From positions 37,646,464-37,710,463 of the forward strand of contig NC_043011.1 in NCBI RefSeq assembly GCF_006345805.1: a stretch of DNA of 64,000 nucleotides, written 5' to 3'. Under the pieces are notes generated by a model. That model saw only the letters and a program-made list of their open reading frames with translations. It was not told where the DNA came from and did no database searches. Below, one piece after another: positions 27,124 to 41,024 of the stretch (the stretch's first letter is position 1; every line of letters starts with the position of its first letter). Source of the stretch: Octopus sinensis (Eukaryota). The position numbers were made by a program, and so were the translations under genes.

Positions 27124-27220
27124 CGTGCGTGCATATGAATGCTTGTGTGTGCCTCTGTGTGTGCGTGTGTGCCTCTGTGTGTGTGTGTGCTTCTGTGTGT
27201 GAGTGTATGTCTGTGTGTGT
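26863..27220 (+). repeat. Tandem duplication of an approximately 178-bp low-complexity unit
   Basis: GTGTGTACATATAGATATATACATACATTTAT...CATATGAATG...GTGAGTGTATG occurs twice in tandem. Confidence 0.8.
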
Positions 27221-27714
27221 ACAGAGATACAGAAAAGCAGACGGAGTATAAAGAAATGGGTAATTATGCATTTTGACGTTATGAATCAAACTAGAAAGGA
27301 AGATATAAAGTCGTTTCACGACGAGTTGTACTTGAAGGAAATAACTTTGGAGCTAACAGTTGCAAAGCAGTAAATTAGAATCCCACTAGTCATGGAATGT
27401 TCCCGTATCTCATAACTGGATATATTATGTAAGCTCTGTTATAAAGGTGACATAATTGATGTAGACAACTGAATTCGTGATGACATAATGAAAAAGGTAT
27501 ATAACACAAATTAAAGATTATGAAGGAACCTCCTATGCGAAGGAAAATCGCTTCTGACGACAAAACCGTTCTTGTCATTTTCCTTAAATGCAAACGTTTC
27601 GATTCTTGTGTTAACATTTTATATGATAACAAGATACAGGCCATGGTGGAGAAGATCTACAGACAGCAGTCAATAGGTACAGCATGAGAGTAACATTATT
27701 ATTTATGAGTAATA

Positions 27715-28140
27715 GTGGCTTCAAAGTTTAGCACAATGCCAGCAATTTTTCGAGCATGTGCCAAGTCGATTGCATTGACCCCAGTGCTTAACTAGTGTTT
27801 ATTTTATCAATCGCGAAAGAATTAAAGGCAAAGCCGACCTCGATATATTTTGAACTCAGGGCGTCAAGATGGGTGAAATGCCGGTAAGCATTTTACCTGA
27901 TGCGCTAAATAGTGTTCCTGCTCTCAGCCATAATTTATAATCAATAAGGCTTTCAAATTTTTGCACAAGGCCAGCAAGTTTAGGAGAGAGGGATAGTCGA
28001 TTATATTGAGCCCATTGCTCAATTATTGCTTATTTTATTGATTGCGAAAGGATCAACAACAAAGCTGACCTCGGCGGGACTTCGACTCAGAGCGTGAAGT
28101 TTTTTTTTTTGTGATGGAGGGGGGCAACTATTCTGCCAGC
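27715..28140 (-). mobile_element. Two tandem degenerate Meta/MESC-core SINEs with tail B
   Basis: Two copies of TTCAAA(G/T)TT..GCACAA.GCCAGCAA...GTCGATT...GCAAAGCCGACCTCG in reverse orientation. Confidence 0.65.
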
Positions 28141-28399
28141 TCATCACCTTCATTTATAAGTAATAAGACAGAGGAAAATATGGAAAGTTTGTTTGTCAAA
28201 AGAAGATAATCGCTCTGCCTCACACTGCAGCATATACTTTTCTTAACATCGCACAGACTAGTGTACAAGGATGTGATTTACGGCATTTAATTGATGGGAA
28301 GGATCACTAACTTTTTCTGATTTTAGTTATGTTTTACTGTTGTTACTTCCTTAACCCAGGGCAGCGATAAGCATAATGAAAGACGATCATCAAAAACAT

Positions 28400-28770
28400 C
28401 ATCTATATCCATAGGGATCGCTGTAGTCAGACAATCAAGAAAGAGTACTCTGTGAAAGTTTTCAGCGTGCTGAGCCAAGCTCTGCTTCTCGGCTGGGTGA
28501 TACCAACGCCAGGACAATACACTTGTCCGCTATTCCAATCAGTGATGGGCATCAAAATTATCTTATCTGTTTATCTACAGTCTTGACATTTCTCCTTGTG
28601 ACTTTTAATTGTTCCTCAAACTGAAGGAGAGCTTCAAGAGGGGTCGTTTTGAAGATAGTAAGAAGACGAAGGAGGCTGTGAAAAGGGTCCAGGACACATT
28701 CCTAGGGCTTTCATGAAGTGCGTGCAGCGCTACAACAATTGCATTGAAGTTAGAGAATCCTATTTTGGAG
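28400..28770 (+). mobile_element. Mariner transposase 3' remnant
   Basis: Frameshifted SQTIKK, QDNTLV, YSLDISPCDF*LFLKLKESFKRGRFED and RYNNCIEVRESYFGGK*. Confidence 0.7.
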
Positions 28771-28780
28771 GAAAGTAAAG

Positions 28781-28823
<43 letters not shown>

Positions 28824-28835
28824 GAGAGAGATAAT

Positions 28836-29007
28836 ATGTTTCTTTATTAGCCATACAGGGCTGAACACAGACGGGACAAATTACAAAGTAGAGCTTTTCT
28901 TTTTAGGGAGAAAAAAACTGAGGTAGGTTTTCGATGAAAAGGGATCGTAAAAAGGGTAAAAAGAATTAAAAATACAATAAAAAATGATCAATAGGGATCA
29001 ACGATCA
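28836..29007 (-). mobile_element. Tx1-like LINE 3'-UTR-only copy flanked on both sides by (GATA)n
   Basis: Matches the 3' end of the 59-kb Tx1 copy (AAAAGAAAAGCTCTACTTTGTA.TTTGT..C.TCTGTGTTCAGCCCTGT.TGGC.AATAAAG; GATCCCTATTGATC). (GATA)n lies at 28773-28822 and 29010-29095. Confidence 0.8.
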
Positions 29008-29019
29008 AGAGATAGATAG

Positions 29020-29096
<77 letters not shown>

Positions 29097-29188
29097 TGCA
29101 TACATAAATATACATTTTGTATAAATACATTAAATATTATATAGCGCTTCACATCCAACCGTGCATGCACATTTGTTTATTTTTGTGT

Positions 29189-29222
<34 letters not shown>

Positions 29223-29738
29223 CTTGTATGAATAGGAAATGACAAGAAAGAAAGCAATGCTCAGGATTTAATTTTTCACACAGTATTTATTGTTTCTCAA
29301 AATACACATCGGACACAACAGTCTGATGTACAAAAGTGAGAAAATAAATTCGTTGTCATTATATTAATGTTTATACCAGATCCTTCTTCACATTTACGTT
29401 GTCTATTTTTCAAGTTCAACATTGGGATACAGAAGGTTGCTGGCGTACTGCACACTGCGATAGAATGCCTGTTACATTAAATCCTTTTGCGTAAAAATTT
29501 GTTAGACCGTAGAAAAGTTTTGGTTGACTCCTAAACAACTCTGATTGGATAATCCTACGGCCACATCACCTACATTTATTTTGTAAATAGAATGATAACT
29601 ACTCATTTAATGGCGGTATTCAGTACAATATCAAGCCATTATTGGCAATTTTTTCATGACGTCCGCAGGATCCGGTTGTTGTTGACAGAATTTTCCTAAA
29701 TGAGAAGTTCCGGATTTAAACAAACGTCAAAACAAAAC

Positions 29739-29777
<39 letters not shown>

Positions 29778-30620
29778 CATGTATGTCTATTTGTGTGTGG
29801 GTGTTGGATGTGAGTATGTATGGTAATATATATATATGTAAGTGTATATATATATATTTACATATATATAATACCATACATAATTAATTTATTTATATTT
29901 GGTTATATATGTCTATATATTTATTGATAGAGAAACGTTTAGATTTTTAATTACTATATTTGTTGATTATAATTTAGATACTTATTTTTATGTTTTAATT
30001 ATTTTATAATTATTAGATGTGAACTTAAATCTAAAAATATTAATTTGTTAAATAATTTGGTAATTAAATATTGGAGTATAACTGAGTTAAAGATATTCGA
30101 GAGTTTATTATGTTTTTTAAAGCCAAATTATATCTTCAAGATTAATACATATTTCTATCTATTTTTTCTACCTTAAAAATTAAAAATGAAATATTTAACA
30201 TAATAAATGTGTAGTAGGAAATAATACTAATGTTTTAAGTTTCTAATTTAGTTCATGGAGTTCTTTCTATAAGAAAAATTATTATTTATTTAATTCTTAA
30301 ATAAATATTGTTTAACTCTATTTGCTTATTTAATTAACTATTATCATTAACCTGAAGATTGACTATAATTTTAAATCGAATTTATTTCAATTGAATTTAA
30401 ACTTAATTGTAATTCGAATTTGATTGCAGCCATGAAATGTACGTAGTGTTCTTAATATTATATTATATTTTTATCATTCAATTTATACTTTTTGAGATTT
30501 AGTTTTAAGTTATAATTTTTTTTTAATTATATATATATATTTGTTGTTTATGTATTGGTTTATGTCTATCATTACTTGAGTTGCATAGTAGTGGTTTTAT
30601 CTCTAATTTATATCATATAT

Positions 30621-30722
<102 letters not shown>

Positions 30723-30734
30723 AATATATATGAG

Positions 30735-31283
30735 CAAAACGCCCCCCACCATCCAATGGACGGTGGTGAGTTGTCAAATATTTAAACCAAATTTTCTCAA
30801 GGCAACTTGTTCGAACGTCTCATAGGTCGCCCTTTGAAAAACACTGATTTAACCTAAATTTGAGACACCAGCAAAAGAAGAAATAAAGATAGGCTTATTT
30901 TCTATTCCCAAAAAAAAACGATTTTATTCACACAAATACGGAACCGAAGAGTTTAAAGTACCAGTAATGATAAGGCTGTTGACTGAGAGAACGCAAACAT
31001 GGTTTAAACAGTAAGCTCGGCAGGAAAGAAATGTGCCTGTAAGCAGTACAAAAACAACAGAAAATGGAAGGTGCAGTTATGTACAGGTTGACGGAAGAAA
31101 ACCAGGACAAAAACGGCTTTTTCGATCGCATTTCAGCTGGAATCGATTTTTGTAATTTTTCCAAGACTTATACATGGCCTTATACCGTCGGTATCTACAT
31201 ATCAAATTTGAGCGCAATCGGATGGAGGATGCCCGAGGTCATAGAAGACACACACACAGACAGAAGGGATTTTATATAATAGA
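30735..31283 (+). mobile_element. Possible non-autonomous Helitron/Helentron-like element
   Basis: The 3' end AAATTTGAGCGCAATCGG...GACACACACACAGACAGAAGGGATTTTATATAATAGAT resembles HINE/DINE-1-type ends (short microsatellite then TATATA-AGAT). Resemblance only. Confidence 0.35.
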
Positions 31284-31852
31284 TAATCAAAATAAGCAAC
31301 AGATTATCAAGGAGTGATGCAGCCAGCACGACCGTTTCAATCGGCTTCACTTAATTGAACAATGCAATCATTACATCAATTTAAATGTAGGGCTATGCTA
31401 TCATCAGCTGCACAAATAAATAGAATTTTAATCAGTCGGACACATTAATATAACTTTACTCAAATACTTTAACAGATCAAGAAGTTGGAAGAAATCCACG
31501 TTGTCACTATTGTAGCTGAGAATATATGGAAAGAAGTAGTGAATTCTCACAGAGGATAAAAATGTGTCCCTGAATTTCAAAAACCGGTAGTTGTTTTTAA
31601 AATTCCCATACAAACAAATTTCAACAATTTTGCTGTTTATGAATGATACAAAATACATAGAAAACAGAGCGCTTTTAACAGAGTTAAAAATTGCGGACAA
31701 CATGTTCAAACGATCAAATGTTCGAATTTTCAAATAAATTTCAATGTAATTCACAGAGATAGATAATAACAGAGTAAATGTTCGGGGAATATTATTATAA
31801 ATGTACACTATAGAAAATTCTGTCATATTGAGTTTTTATAGAATACGTGGAC

Positions 31853-31892
<40 letters not shown>

Positions 31893-31973
31893 TGGAGAGA
31901 GTGAGAGAGAGAAAAGGTGGAGTTACAGTTATCTGCCATGGTGCAGTTAGTTCTTTTTTTGTTCGCGTACTGG

Positions 31974-32004
<31 letters not shown>

Positions 32005-32327
32005 AATTTCATGAGGGGTTGGTTTTGCTTTTTTTTTTTTTTTGCTTCCAAGTCAATGAAATAATTACTAGCAGAGCTTTGGGGTTGAAGTCATCAACTA
32101 GCCCTATCTCCCAAAATTTCAGGCCTTGTATTTACAGTGGATATTAGTTTTCATTGGCGTTCCTTTTGTATAGTCACCTTTTCGTTGTTGTTATATCTGC
32201 AGAAACTTCTATATTTCTCATCATTTTCCCCTTCTTCTTCGGTGTTCATTTTCATTACGACCATTCCCTGTATTTATGTAGAATGGCTGGTCTTTTCAAA
32301 TGCAGTTCTGCCATTAATAGTCACATC

Positions 32328-32510
32328 AAGGCGGTGAGCTGGCAGAATCTTTAGCATTCCGGGCAAAATGCTCTCAGTTGAAATTCTCCTGATGTTGATT
32401 TTTCCATTCATCCTTTCTGGGTGGATGGAATAAGCACAAGTTGGAAAATGGCGTTGATGTAATCGTTTTACGCCTCCACCGAAACTGCTGGCCTTGTGCC
32501 GAAATTTGAG
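32328..32510 (+). mobile_element. Meta/MESC-core SINE with tail B, internally deleted
   Basis: Head AAGGCGGTGAGCTGGCAGAATC, core TTCATCCTTTCTGGG and tail GCTGGCCTTGTGCCGAAATTTGA. Confidence 0.7.
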
Positions 32511-32571
32511 GGCAATATGAAGTGTCATACTGACAGGGGAAATATGGAACTGTACATTTCTTTATTGTAGG

Positions 32572-32885
32572 CACGTGGCTCAGGGATTAGAGCGTCGGAC
32601 TCACAATCACAATTCCCGGGCGGGGCGTGTTGTGTTCTTTAGCAAGACACATTATTTCACATTGTCCCAGTTCATTCATTTGCAGGAATGAGTTGCGGCG
32701 TTACTAGTGCCAAGCTATATCAGCCTTTACCTTTCTCTTGGATAACATTGGTGGCGTGGAAAGTGGAGGTTGTTATGCATGGGCGATTACTGGTCTTCCA
32801 TTAACAACATTCCCCGCACTCGTACCTCGGAGGGTACCTGTCTAGGTGCAATCTTATGGTCATTCATGATCGAAAGGGGTTTTAA
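32572..32885 (+). mobile_element. tRNA-derived SINE (head like the 7317-7579 family, different 3' half)
   Basis: GGCACGTGGCTCAGGGATTAGAGCGTCGGACTCACAATC head and GTGTTCTTTAGCAAGACAC body, followed by an unrelated tail. Confidence 0.6.
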
Positions 32886-33277
32886 CTTATTTTAACATTT
32901 CTTCAAAGATATACAATTGTGTCACCATACTTTGTATATCTTTTACTAGCTGTCTGTAATCTTATATAATTCCGTGCTTTCACTGCACAAACGAAGACCA
33001 GTGGACCCTGAGTACTCACAACGCATTTCTAGTTTTGGAAGTCCTACCGTATTGAAGATACCGTAAGATATACGTATGCAGTGTCGGGTTCAATGGTGCC
33101 ATTTGTAGTAAATTGTATACATTATAAAGTTGAGAGTGTAATTACCTCAGTATATGTCTGAATCTGTACAACAGTACCAATAACTCTTTCTTTCTACGTC
33201 ACTCATGTTATGGCTACCTTTATTTCTAGACCCTTGTTGCATTGACTACTATATTCATAACTTTCTGTACAGCTAAC

Positions 33278-33635
33278 GTGGAGGTGAAATGACCCAGTGG
33301 TTATGGTGGCAGTGAACTCGCGGTCGTAGGATCGTGGTTTCGATTCCCAAACTTAAACACCTAAAGCTCCATGAAGCTCCGGTAGTGGGTGGTGATGAAA
33401 CCTACTGTACTCTTTCACCCCAATTTTCTCTTACTCTTTTTTCCTGTTTCTGTTTTACCTGTATTTCAAAGGGCCAGCCTTGTCACACTCTGCAACACTG
33501 AATCTCCTCGAGAACTAAATTAAGGGTACACGTGTCTGCGGAGTGCTCAGCCACTTGCGCGTTAATTTTACGAGCAGTCTGTTCCGTTGATCGGATCAGC
33601 TGGAACGTTCGTCGTCGCAATCGACGGAGTGCCAC
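33278..33635 (+). mobile_element. OR1-like-head SINE with Nin/Deu-like 3' module
   Basis: Head and body as at 11464. Tail TAAGGGTACACGTGTCTGCGGAGTGCTCAGCCACTTGCGCGTTAAT...GACGGAGTGCCAC is shared with the 35687 copy. The domain name is from recalled similarity. Confidence 0.75.
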
Positions 33636-35039
33636 GATACAAGTAACCATGTATAACAAATCACAACTCGAAGATAAATTCCTTTGATATTTGCCGAATA
33701 TCCTTTCGCTAAGGTAGTCTCTTTAATTGAGAAACCTTGAATTAGCTTTATCTGGCGTGTCTTCAGTAAATAGAATTATCTATATGCGTGTATTTAGGAT
33801 TTTATTGTTGAATACGAATATTGAGGAATCTGTAGTGAAAATGAAAAGCGAAAAGCGAAGAGGAAAAAGCTGCTGTGAGTTGAATAAATATCCAGATAGT
33901 ATATACAGTTTACACTAGCAAACGAAAGAAAAGAACAAAATATTGACTTGTAAGAAGACGATTCCTCGTTTCGATTACAATGCATAGGGAACGACAAATG
34001 AAAAACATCTTTATTTGGAAAGATCTCCATTTCTCTCAGAGATACTTTATCGGCTGATGAGACTCATACTTTGGTCAGGAGGCATATTCTATATAATGCG
34101 TTCGAAACCAACCTTCTCTGAAAGTCCGAACATTCTCGTGCCTCTATATGCATTCTTTCTTTGTTAACACTTGACAACGAAAGACAATATTGTAAGTTGT
34201 TTATTGGAAACTCCAGATAACTTATTGTTTATACATATTGCTTTGTTTCATTCGTTTGGCAGTCTCTATTTGAAGGCTTTGGTATTTCGCCGAAATCCAA
34301 AATACATTTTAAATAGTATAGTATTTTACTTCGTTTACATCTGATATGGATAAATTTATTCAAACACTAGATGTAATAAGGGCTCTTCTAACCATTACGT
34401 TTACGCGTCAGTCTATAACTAGTTTTATCTCAATTTTTCGCACTTCATGCTTCTGCTTTTTCTCCAGTTCAGCATTATTTTTAAAACCTTGCACGTAGAC
34501 AAGTTTTCATGTTGTTTTTTTTTTGCTTGTTTTTCGTCCTACACAAAATATTTTATGATGTTTTGCAAGCTGCACAAGTGATAAATATAATTTTGGTGGG
34601 TAGTGTATTGTATATGCAGTCATTGCTTGTCTTGTGTTTTTTTCTTTATTTTTACTTTTATTTTCATTTTTTCGTCTTTTTTTTTTTTTTTTTGCCTTGT
34701 CAAGCCAATTCACTCAGCGTTCAGTCGAAAATATTATAACAACAATTTATTGCAGACACAGCTAGCCAGAGTATTGAAACGTATTATATTTTTTATTGTG
34801 TTTACTTTTGTTCAAAGTATTCATCTAACGCGTCTTTTGTTTTGTCTTTTCTTGTTTCGTGTTTACTTTACATTAATACATTAGTACCTAAATATTTATA
34901 CGTCTGTGTTTGGACTATTTCTGTTATTTCTGTTTCTTTAGCTTACATAATATAATTGCACATTCACTCATTCACGGATAGTCACAATTATATAATTAAT
35001 AATCTTCAAGGTTACCTTGATATATTTGCTTATCATTTT

Positions 35040-35660
35040 TAACACAAAACCAGTTTAAGCAAATACTTAGCGACACATTCGGGGCACATTCTGATACGAT
35101 TTTCAGTGGCAAGTGCGTGTGTGAGCGAGAGCTGCAAACAGGTACTCCACACATAACAGTCAATGGTCTTGCAGGCAGGTGTTAGGTGTGATGTGGTCGC
35201 AGAAATTGTCCGACAGCGATGACTTGGTTTTCCTGCTTGTGTTGCATGGTGCAGAGTTCTGTTGCCAGACATAGGGTCTTCCAGCAGCCACCCTCTTGCG
35301 CCAGGGCAGTACTACCTCCAACAGGCATTAGATGTAGACCCCCGTGTTGAGTTTGAGGCCGTGTGGGATGATGAATAGAGGCATAACGTTGCCACCACTA
35401 CTGATCACTTCAAACACCATGATGTCGACTGGATATTTGATCTTTATCACTCTCGGTACATATCCTCAGATTGCACTGTCCTCAGTCTGAAAATTTCATA
35501 TTGCAGTTTTCAGCGCGAAAGCCAAGCAGTACATCCGCGTTTCCGGGAGAGTGAAGTGCGCCATGGTGCTACTTTTCACACAAATGGTGCCCAACTGACC
35601 TTACCATAATATCTAATCGAGGAAATAAAAAAATGCGCATGCACAAAATCAGAATTAATG
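35040..35660 (-). mobile_element. Internally deleted Tc1/mariner-superfamily remnant (maT/rosa-like)
   Basis: Minus strand reads PVDIMVFEVISSGGNVMPLFIIPHGLKLNTGVYI*CLLEVVLPW..RPYVWQQNSAP. Confidence 0.65.
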
Positions 35661-35686
35661 ATTGGCAACAATTTAAACTTATATAT

Positions 35687-36021
35687 GTGGAAGCGCAATG
35701 GTCCAGTGGTTAGGGTAGCAGACTCGCGGTTTCAATTCCCAGACCCTTGTAATACTAGTTTTTCCTGGAGATGTAAGTGTTTATTGAGTGAAAACACCTA
35801 AAGCTCGACAAGGCTCCGGCAAGGGTGGTGCCAAGCTCTGCTGTACTCTTATACCACAACTTTCTCTCACTCTGTGTCACGCTGAATCTCCCCGAGAACT
35901 ACGTTAAGGGTACACGTGCCTGTGGAGTGCTCAGCCACTTACTTCCACGTTAATTTCACCAGCTGGCTGTTCCGTTTCTCAGATTAACTGGAATCCGCGT
36001 CATCGTAACCGACAAAGTGCC
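35687..36021 (+). mobile_element. OR1-like-head SINE with Nin/Deu-like 3' module
   Basis: Colinear with 33278-33635; carries a foreign 28-bp insert at 35745-35772. Confidence 0.75.
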
Positions 36022-36039
36022 TCCCCCATATATATATAT

Positions 36040-36107
<68 letters not shown>

Positions 36108-37358
36108 TATATATATATATGTAAGTATGTATGTATGCATATATGCATGTATATATATATGTACCTAAATATATTTATTGATATATGCTTACATACTTAC
36201 GTAGAACTTCTTCCCTGTGGGTGGTACACTTTTCCTTGTAATACTAGCTTTTCCTGGAGATATAAAATAACCAGTGTCTAGACATACGAACGGTGACCGT
36301 TTTAAACGCAGATATCTGATTTCAGATATTTTTATCATCACATAACACAATGAAAAACTTCGATGGAGAATTTCCGTTACTACATTTTGCGATAAACTGA
36401 TTAAGTTCCAAAGAGATTGGCAAGTGGCCAATTGGTTTAATAAACTGTGTTTATTTTCACTTTAAACTACACCAGCTGCAAGTACAAAATGTCACTATTG
36501 TATCTCATTTGACATTTTCGTGTCTCCTTAATCACACTTCTCGCTATGGCGAATGAACGAAGTCTTTTGTCTGCTTTTCTGTAAAAGCATGGTCATATTT
36601 TTGACACTGCAATCAATTGTTCTTTCACCTTTTGAGATGTTCTTCTCATTAGCTTATAGAAATTCTATTAGATTACCATACAAAAGAAAACGAAATGTAA
36701 TGTTACTAATTCCATAGATAAATTTCCTTCTTGCTGAAGAGAGCTCAATACAAGTTTTTGTCAATTATTCTAATAATAACGATTTCTCCTTGATTAGCTA
36801 ATCACAAGATCCTTTCCAGCAAGTACAGAAAGCATTTTGAAATAGACTTGAATTGACTAATTGTAGCGTATTATGAATGTTGTTACTAATACTTGAACTA
36901 TAAACATTATAATTTAAAAGGGAACTATCGTTTTATGAAATAGCTAGTTACAAATACGGATCACAAAGTGAGCGCTCTAAAATTCTAAACACACGCACAC
37001 ATATAAAGTAAGAGCGAAAGAAACAGACAGAGAGAACGATAAAGTGTGAGATCTAAAGATATACTCATAGCGCGATAAGTACCTAAATAGACAGAAGGAT
37101 ATCCAAATGGTTCGGCGATGAAGACGCAGTTCCATAATAAATTAAACAACCTGCTATTCAACTGACATGCAAGTGGCTGTATATCCCCTAATCATATGTA
37201 TGGACTGCACTCATACTAGACATCATCTTAAAGTGTATGTAATCTATCGGACTCTTCAGACGAGCAATTAAGTTACGGTGAGGTAATCAAACCCACACCT
37301 GGGTGAGAAACACAATTAAAAACCAATTAACACACACACACACACACACACAGAGATA

Positions 37359-37424
<66 letters not shown>

Positions 37425-37590
37425 TACGACGGCCTTCTTTCAGATTCCGTCTAACAAATACACTCACAAGGCTTTGGTCGGCCCGAGGCTATATCAGAGG
37501 ACACTTGCCCAAGGTGCTACGCAGGGCATTGAGCCCGGAACCATGTGCTTCGTAAACAAGCTACTTACCACACAGCCACTCCTACGCCTA
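37425..37590 (-). mobile_element. Head half of the composite microsatellite SINE
   Basis: Matches the head half of 14648-15060 and ends in (TA)n. Confidence 0.8.
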
Positions 37591-38501
37591 CGTAAAGTTT
37601 ATAATTCCACTTTGCGTAGACTCACCCCAGAAGTACTCTATCTTGTGAGACATAAAAATGAATTTAATAGGCAACCGAAAGAGCTACTGGTAGTCTGTGT
37701 ATTGAAATTGATATACTCAAATATATATAAATGTTTGTGTGTTTATGTATGTAGGCAATGTGAGAGGTGGAGAGACAGAACAAGAGACAGACAAACAGAC
37801 AGACACAGAGACCATTGGGTTTTTTTTATTTCTAAATAGGAAAATAATGAAATTTGAACTCAGCGGTTATTCTGAAAAGTTAAACACGTTTTGAAAATTT
37901 CTGTAGACAAGCGCATATGATAATACATTTATGAGTTTCCGTTTGTTTCATAAATTCCTATAGAATCTTCGTGTCAAGGTTATCGTAATAGGTTTTTGTT
38001 TGCCTAAAAGGGAGAACAAAAGACTTTTCTATTTCATGAGTTGCCATAAATCTGTTTAAGGCGAGAAAAATACAAATATTTTCTGAAAACGTAACAGCAA
38101 CAGCGGCAACAATGACTGACTTCGACCACGATGAGGAGAAGCAAAGGAAAAAAAAAGAAAAAGCAATAACAGCTACAACAAACTTTGAATTCAAAGAACC
38201 GTTTTCCAATTCTGTCATTCTATTTAATATTCTTTTTGCGAACATGGTACTTTCTATATTTTTTTTTCACGGTAAGCTCAGGGAAATATCGTGCGAAACA
38301 AATGTAAACATATTCCTGCCTAGAGAACAAGCTTATCGCAATCAAGGCCTCATCGAACGTATGAAAGGGTATGATGATACTTATAAGGAATCTTACGATA
38401 TTATGATTTTAAATATATATTATGCATGTATGTATATAGGTATGAATGTCGGTGTACACGCACATACAAACACACACATATTACTCACATGCATACACAC
38501 A

Positions 38502-38565
<64 letters not shown>

Positions 38566-38596
38566 AATATGTATATACATATGTATATATATGTAT

Positions 38597-38629
<33 letters not shown>

Positions 38630-38669
38630 TGCATAGATACATGCATATATGTGTGTATACATACATATA

Positions 38670-39187
38670 CAGTAATCCCTCGCCATATCGCGGTTCACCT
38701 ATCACGAACTCCCTACTTCGCGGTTCACTTATCGTGCACTCAGTACTTCGCAGGTTTTTCTGGCTAATATATGTAAATTTATATCGTGGACTCCCTTGTA
38801 CACCCCTCACTTCGGCGGCCGATAGGCATTTACACTTCTTTAGATTTTTGTTATTTCTGGTGTAAAATATGAAAGTTCCCGCATAAAAATTAATAAATTA
38901 ATAAATAGAAATATAGTACAGCAATGTATAACACATTAATTAAAACATATTAAACGAAAATACTTAGTTTACCGTAGTTGAGTAAACAAAGAATCGCACA
39001 TACTGTATTGAAGACGAAACTCGGGAGGCGAGTTTGTAGCATTGTTTTACATTTATAATAAAATAAATTTATACAAATTATGAAAATGAGAAAAGATATA
39101 TACAGCACAGGACTCTTTACATCACGGATTTTCACCTATTGCGGCAGGTTTGAGAATGTAATAACCGCGATAGGCGAGGGATTACAG
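38670..39187. mobile_element. pogo/Tigger-like MITE, 518 bp
   Basis: TIRs CAGTAATCCCTCGCCATATCGCGGTT and AACCGCGATAGGCGAGGGATTACAG; TA on both sides; no ORF. Confidence 0.85.
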
Positions 39188-39214
39188 TATATATGTATGC
39201 ATATATATTTCTTT

Positions 39215-39772
39215 TACTTTTACTTATTTCGGTCCTTTGATTGTGCCCATGCTGGCGCACATGCTTTTAGTCGAAAATATCGACCCCTAAACTTATTCTT
39301 TGCGGTTCGGTCTCTTCAGCCGAACCTCGACGTTACGGGAACGTAACCACACCAACATCGATTGTCAAGCGATGGTGGGGAGACAAACACGGACACAACC
39401 ACACACACATAAATACATACATAAATATATATTTGACGGGCTTCTTTCTGTTTCCGTCTACCAAATCCATTCACAAGACCTTGATTGATTCGTAGCAATA
39501 GTAGATGACTATTGCGCAAGATATCTTGCATCGGGACTGAACACAAAACCTTGTGGGTGGGAAACAAGCTTCTTACCACACCACCACAACTGTGTGTATA
39601 TATATATATATAGTCGCAGGTATGGGTGTGTGGTAAGCAGCTTGCTTTCTATCGACATAGTCCCGGGTTCAGTCACTGCGTGGCTATTTCGGCACGTGCC
39701 TTCTACTGTATCCGCGGGACAACCCATGACTTGGGAGTGGATTTGGTAGATGGAAACTGAAAGAAGCCCGTC

Positions 39773-39780
<8 letters not shown>
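39215..39780. mobile_element. Head-to-head pair of composite SINEs (minus 39215-39590, plus head 39615-39780)
   Basis: Both match the 14648 family and are separated by a short TA tract. Confidence 0.75.
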
Positions 39781-39813
<33 letters not shown>

Positions 39814-40847
39814 TACATACACGGAATCTATCTCAGAACACATATGAGAATACTGAATCTATTAATAGACAGAAAGAAGTAAACAGGTAAATACGTGTGT
39901 GTCTATGTGTGCCTGGTGGCATGGACTGCGTGTGTCTGTATGTCGATTGACGTAATTTGACAGAGATTCGCACAGAAAGACGAAGATTTAGATGCTAAAT
40001 ATTTAGATGAGAAAGACAACAAGAAGAAACACAATATAGAATATCAACTATAGAAATAGATTTTAATTAATTTGGCTTTTGTATAGAAGTTTTAATTTAT
40101 AAATTTTGACAAAAGAATCTCTAAACAAAACCTTAACGAAAATCCTTTGTTTGGAATTTAGTCTTTCTATCGGAATCCATTCTAATAACCCTTGACTTTG
40201 TGGTTCCATTTCTATCAAAAGTGTATGGAATTATTTCCATATTTAGTAATGAGATTAAATTAAACAAATTATTGAGATCCCTTTTAAGAATTTCGACGTG
40301 TATTTTATTCTGGTGCTTTCTCATAATGATATTTTCATGTTCGTATTTTATATTCTAATATTCTTAAGACGAAGAAGGTCAAAATCACATAGCAGTCGAT
40401 CAACGATGCAAACAAACGTGTATCTGCAGGAGTTTGAGCTTCTTGCTAAATTGTTTTCATTCTGCCCTACTGTGCTTTTATAAATCCGAAATAATATGAG
40501 ATGCTATCAAAATCTTATCTCAACACTACATTTTAGTTTTATTGAAATTCAATTATTAATATAATTCAATTCTGTTTCCAGCATATATGAAATTTCAAAA
40601 AATTATAAATGATAAAACCAACAAAAAAAAAATAAAATAAACATACGAAAATACTCAGTATGCAGAGAGCAAAGTGAAACGGCAAATATTTTCTTTGTGT
40701 GGTGTGAAAATTTAAATGATACAAGATTTTAATTGATAAACTCATTTATTTCAATTTAATATTGCCAGTGTTGAGAACTATGACTGTTTATTTTTAATTT
40801 TCTTTTTTCATTTCATTCTGTTATTTTTACATTTGTTGATTTATTTC

Positions 40848-40905
40848 ATCATCATCAATCATCATCATCATCATCATCATCATCAACACCATCATCATCA
40901 TCATC

Positions 40906-40937
<32 letters not shown>

Positions 40938-41024
40938 CATCGTCATCGTCATCGTTACAATGGATATTATAATTAGTGTTGTTGTTTGTATTGTCATTCT
41001 AGTTGTTGCTGCTGCTGTTGTTGG

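Noticed and set aside
29415-29490. Candidate exon QHWDTEGCWRTAHCDRMPVTLNPF resembling a GPS motif
   Set aside because: It lacks the CxCxHLT part of GPS, another frame is nearly as open, and the region may be a decayed piggyBac-like remnant on the other strand.
29880-30610. Extremely AT-rich block that reads through about 165 codons if TAA/TAG are read as Gln (ciliate contamination, NUMT or RIP-like hypermutation considered)
   Set aside because: At this base composition a TGA-free run of that length in one of six frames is unremarkable, and no mitochondrial gene or protein motif is recognisable.
34050-34110. CTGATGA followed by a GAC..GTC hairpin (and other isolated CTGANGA hits at 4199, 6109, 42121, 58232)
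   Set aside because: There is no correctly placed GAAA or stem I, so these were not counted as hammerheads.
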